Assembly (NCBI GenBank): GCA_965235115.1
Contig: OZ249436.1
Location: 16,308,001-16,372,000 of the forward strand
Direction: 5' to 3'
DNA from: Laetmonice hystrix
Lineage: Eukaryota
Length of the DNA stretch: 64,000 bases
Numbering within the stretch: the first letter of the stretch is position 1; every line of letters begins with the position of its first letter. Made by a program: the position numbers and the translations under genes. The notes under the pieces were generated by a model. The model saw only the letters and a list, made by a program, of their open reading frames with translations, ran no database searches and was not told the origin of the DNA. Positions 61,201-64,000 of the stretch are shown here, in pieces.

Positions 61201-63855
61201 CTCACATACTTTGAGTGATGAAAACCGTATAGGCTCCAACAGCAATATAAGAAACATGAAATGTGTTCAACTGAATATACCATGTAGGTGAAAGAAAGAG
61301 TAAAAAAACAGATTGCCTATTTAAAATAGGCCTAATATATTAATCCCGAAAATGTAGGCCTAAACATGTAATCTTACCAGATTTACCCCAAAAGCCATCC
61401 ATTTACTCGTGATTCTTGCGAGGAGTTGTGCAAACTTCATTACAAGCTAATTAATAGCCTACAATTAATGGTGTATAATTAGCGGATAGAGAGTCTGGGT
61501 CTTCATATGGGTTTCGGGATCTTTACTTAAATCCCGAGTTTTCAGGGGCTAAGGTGATTTTATGTTAAGATGTAGCCTACCTCCTCCATCCGCAGGTGGG
61601 GGTGGTTAGCCTTTAACTGTGGAAGCACGTATGGTATTTCGGGAGGAAGGTGGAAATTGGCTGCCAGGTAGGTGAATGTTAATACCAGCGCGAGGTTCGA
61701 GGGATTGTGTTAAAGGCAGGGTAAACACCCACGGCAAATAAGGTTTCGTAGACCAAATGAAACACCAGCATTTACCTCAGGGCAATAAATGACACAATTA
61801 CGTTGTCTGAATGAAGTAATTAACGTGTAACTGCCCGATGTGTGACGCCGCTGGTTCTGCTTGTGTGTTCAACACCTCGGACGTTTACAAACGTTGGGAC
61901 TCCAAACATCGTGTAGACAAGGTCTGTGAGCAGAGTAACACGTAATGTTACGCAATACGCCGCGGTGTGCAGCATTCGGCTCTCATGAACACACAAGAAG
62001 GTCAAGGTAAGAACCAGCGGCGTCATACATCGGGCGGTTACACGTTAATTACTTCATTCAGACAACGTATTTGTGGCATTTATTGCCCTGAGGTAAATGC
62101 TAGTGTTTCATTTAGTCTACGAAACCTTATTTGCCGTGGGTGTTTACCCTGCCTTTAAAGGGAAGTTAATGTTTGAGGCGATTCCCCATCTAATACCTGC
62201 ATTAGATGTATTTTGGAGTGGATTTAAAAAAAATGAAATAGCCTACATAACACAGAAACAAAAACAATAGCAGCACACTTATTGGTATGTCTGCAGAGCT
62301 TCCGTCACGACAGTTATGTCAGCCATGGGAGGTGGATTCATGGGGATCCTGACAAGGTAAGTTAATGCCCTAATACCATCAGTTACGCCCTAACAAGGTA
62401 TGTTGGTGTCCTAATACATGTACCATCAATAACGTCCTGACAAGGTAAGTTGATGTCCTAACACATGTACCATCAATAACGTCCTGACAAGGTAAGTTGA
62501 TGTCCTAATACATGTACCATCAATAACGTCCTGACAAGGTAAGTTAATATCCTAATAACATCAATAATGCCCTAACAAAGTAAGTTAATGTCCTAATACA
62601 TGTACCATCAATAACGCCCTAACAAGGTAAGTTGATGTCCTAACACATGTACCATCAATAACGTCCTGACAAGGTAAGTTTATGTCCTAATACCATCAAT
62701 AACGTCCTGACAAGGTAAGTTAATGTCCTCATACCACCAATAATGTTCTGACAAGATAAGTTGATGTCCCAATAGGCTACCATCAATAGCGTTCTCACAA
62801 GGTGACTTAATGTCATCATACTATCAACATTGTCCTGACAAGGTCAGTAAGTGTCTCTGCGAGGTTAGGTCAATTATAAAGCCCATATCCGGTAAGGGAC
62901 TGCCGGTCCAATGCGTGGCAAAGCCCCCATATATGTCGAATCCATTGCCCAGGGCAAGGTCTAGCCTAGACTCGACCACCAGTCCTCCTATCTGCAAGTT
63001 CGAGCGCCGAGCGACCTCTTGTGGGGAAAAAGGGTCTGGTGATCGAGACTAGGTCTATCCTGGCCTCGCTTCAATGCTTTGTAAAATAACCGTCCACCCT
63101 GTTGTCCTTTCGTTGTAGTTTCATATTCAGAAAACGGAAGTACGACATTCAGTTCCTGTTGAATAGCGTGCTGGGAGCCTTAGTCAGCGTGACAGGTAGG
63201 TGACATATAGATGTGCCACGTGAGGTGACACATAGATGTCGCTTTAATTTAACACGTAGGTGACAGATTTGGGAGGTATTTCTAATAATAGGCCTTGGAG
63301 GACCTACAATTAACCTGGACGTTTTTGATGCTCAGTGATGACACGACAATAACAGGCACCGGCTTCTTTTGGAGTGATATTATCCCCGGCTGATGCCTGG
63401 TGCCAGGAATTGTCCCCGGCTGATGCCTGGCAATTACCCTAGCTGGTGCCTGGTATTGTCCCCGGCCGAGGCCTGGTGCCTGGTATTGTCCCCGGCTGAT
63501 GCCTGGTGCTTGGTCCCCGTCTGATGCCTGGTGCTTGGTATTGTCCCCGTCTGATGCCTGGTGCGTGGTATTATCCCCGGCTGATGCCTGGTGTCAGGCA
63601 TTGTCCCCGGCTGATGCCTAGCAGTTACCCCAGCTGATGCCTGGTGCCTATTATTGTCCTTGGCCGATTACAGCGATCTGCGCCATCGCATACGCCTGGG
63701 AGGCGGTCGTGATTGGTATGGTGGGCGGCATCCTGGCCGTCGCGTCGCCGCCTCTTCTCGACTGGATGAAGATCGACGACCCGGTCGGGGTCATCCCAGT
63801 ACACGGCGTCTGCGCTGTGTGGGGGCTGCTTAGCGTAGGTCTGTTCGTGGACGAG
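55254..63855 (+). CDS. amt: Ammonium transporter Amt-B, tandem paralogue of Amt-A; 3' end lies beyond the window
   Basis: Exons: 55254-55383 (an in-frame upstream ATG at 55092 is also possible), 60626-61175, 61596-61667, 62297-62356, 63119-63195, 63674-63855. The first five intron positions match Amt-A. Motifs: WDDATW, MQSGFGLLESG, SGAMAER, DIAGSGVVH, WWGWLAFNCGS, DDPVGVIPVHG. Confidence 0.93.
55497..55750. repeat. AT-rich degenerate ~37-bp repeat in Amt-B intron 1
   Basis: Unit ~AAGAAACCAAATCTATAACCTATGTTTATACTAATT. Confidence 0.8.
56851..57011. mobile_element. Short palindromic MITE/hairpin
   Basis: GATTTCCACCGGAGACGAGCAAGCGATTTGTTTTGGTGTACGC...GCGTACACCAAAACAAATCGCTCGCTCGCGTCCGGCGGAAAT. 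Confidence 0.55.
57459..59629. repeat. Compound minisatellite: degenerate block 57459-57900, then a 46-bp unit (~37 copies) at 57909-59629
   Basis: Unit CTCCTCCATCCATCCAACCACCCAGCGTATCTCGACTATAAACAAA. Confidence 0.96.
61714..62154. mobile_element. Kolobok-like MITE (TTAA TSD, AGG...CCT termini, ~120-bp TIRs) in Amt-B intron 3
   Basis: TTAA|AGGCAGGGTAAACACCCACGGCAAATAAGG...CCTTATTTGCCGTGGGTGTTTACCCTGCCT|TTAA. Confidence 0.75.
62347..62848 (+). repeat. 41/47-bp tandem repeat built from the Amt-B exon 4 donor site
   Basis: Unit TCCTGACAAG|GTAAGTT(A/G)ATGTCCTAATA(CATGTA)CCATCAATAACG, about 12 copies. Confidence 0.93.
63384..63660. repeat. Degenerate ~30-bp repeat just upstream of the Amt-B exon 6 acceptor
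   Basis: Unit ~CCCCGGCTGATGCCTGGTGCCTGGTATTGT. Confidence 0.85.
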
Positions 63856-64000
63856 GTGAGTTCAAAATACATAGTGGGTAGTTTAAAGTAAAATATTTTC
63901 TGAATCTAGCGTATTTTTCCGTGGAGACATGAATACGACAAAGGGCCCTGTAATGACTCTCCTGTATTTGCGTGAAGGACAAAATCCTTAACCTCACTCG

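Overview
This is eukaryotic, intron-rich, repeat-dense animal DNA, most likely from an invertebrate; the species cannot be determined from the sequence. Four host genes were reconstructed by hand from GT-AG exon chains with consistent phases. (1) A 7-exon minus-strand FAD-dependent oxidoreductase of the GlpA/L2HGDH (DAO-like) family, 3249-6161, ending in -PKL. (2) A minus-strand SLC43-family MFS transporter, about 9317-17535. (3) and (4) Two tandem plus-strand ammonium transporter (Amt) paralogues: Amt-A at 23490-~43839 and Amt-B from 55254, running off the window. The most notable feature is in Amt-A: two tandem, homologous 149-nt exons (29515-29663 and 29721-29869) separated by a 57-nt intron. 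They encode alternative versions of the pore segment carrying the second twin-His residue and cannot be joined in frame, so they look like mutually exclusive exons. Amt-A intron 7 holds an 8.6-kb decayed PIF/Harbinger transposon inserted into a minisatellite, which reveals a 2-bp TA target duplication. Also present are nested Harbinger-type MITEs, Kolobok-like and Ginger-like MITEs, a DD41D Tc1/mariner derivative, a tRNA-derived SINE head and more than 15 minisatellites, several built from splice-site sequence. A recurrent TA->TA(NNNN)TA palindromic insertion signature runs through the window. Most long ORFs in the supplied track are minisatellite artefacts.
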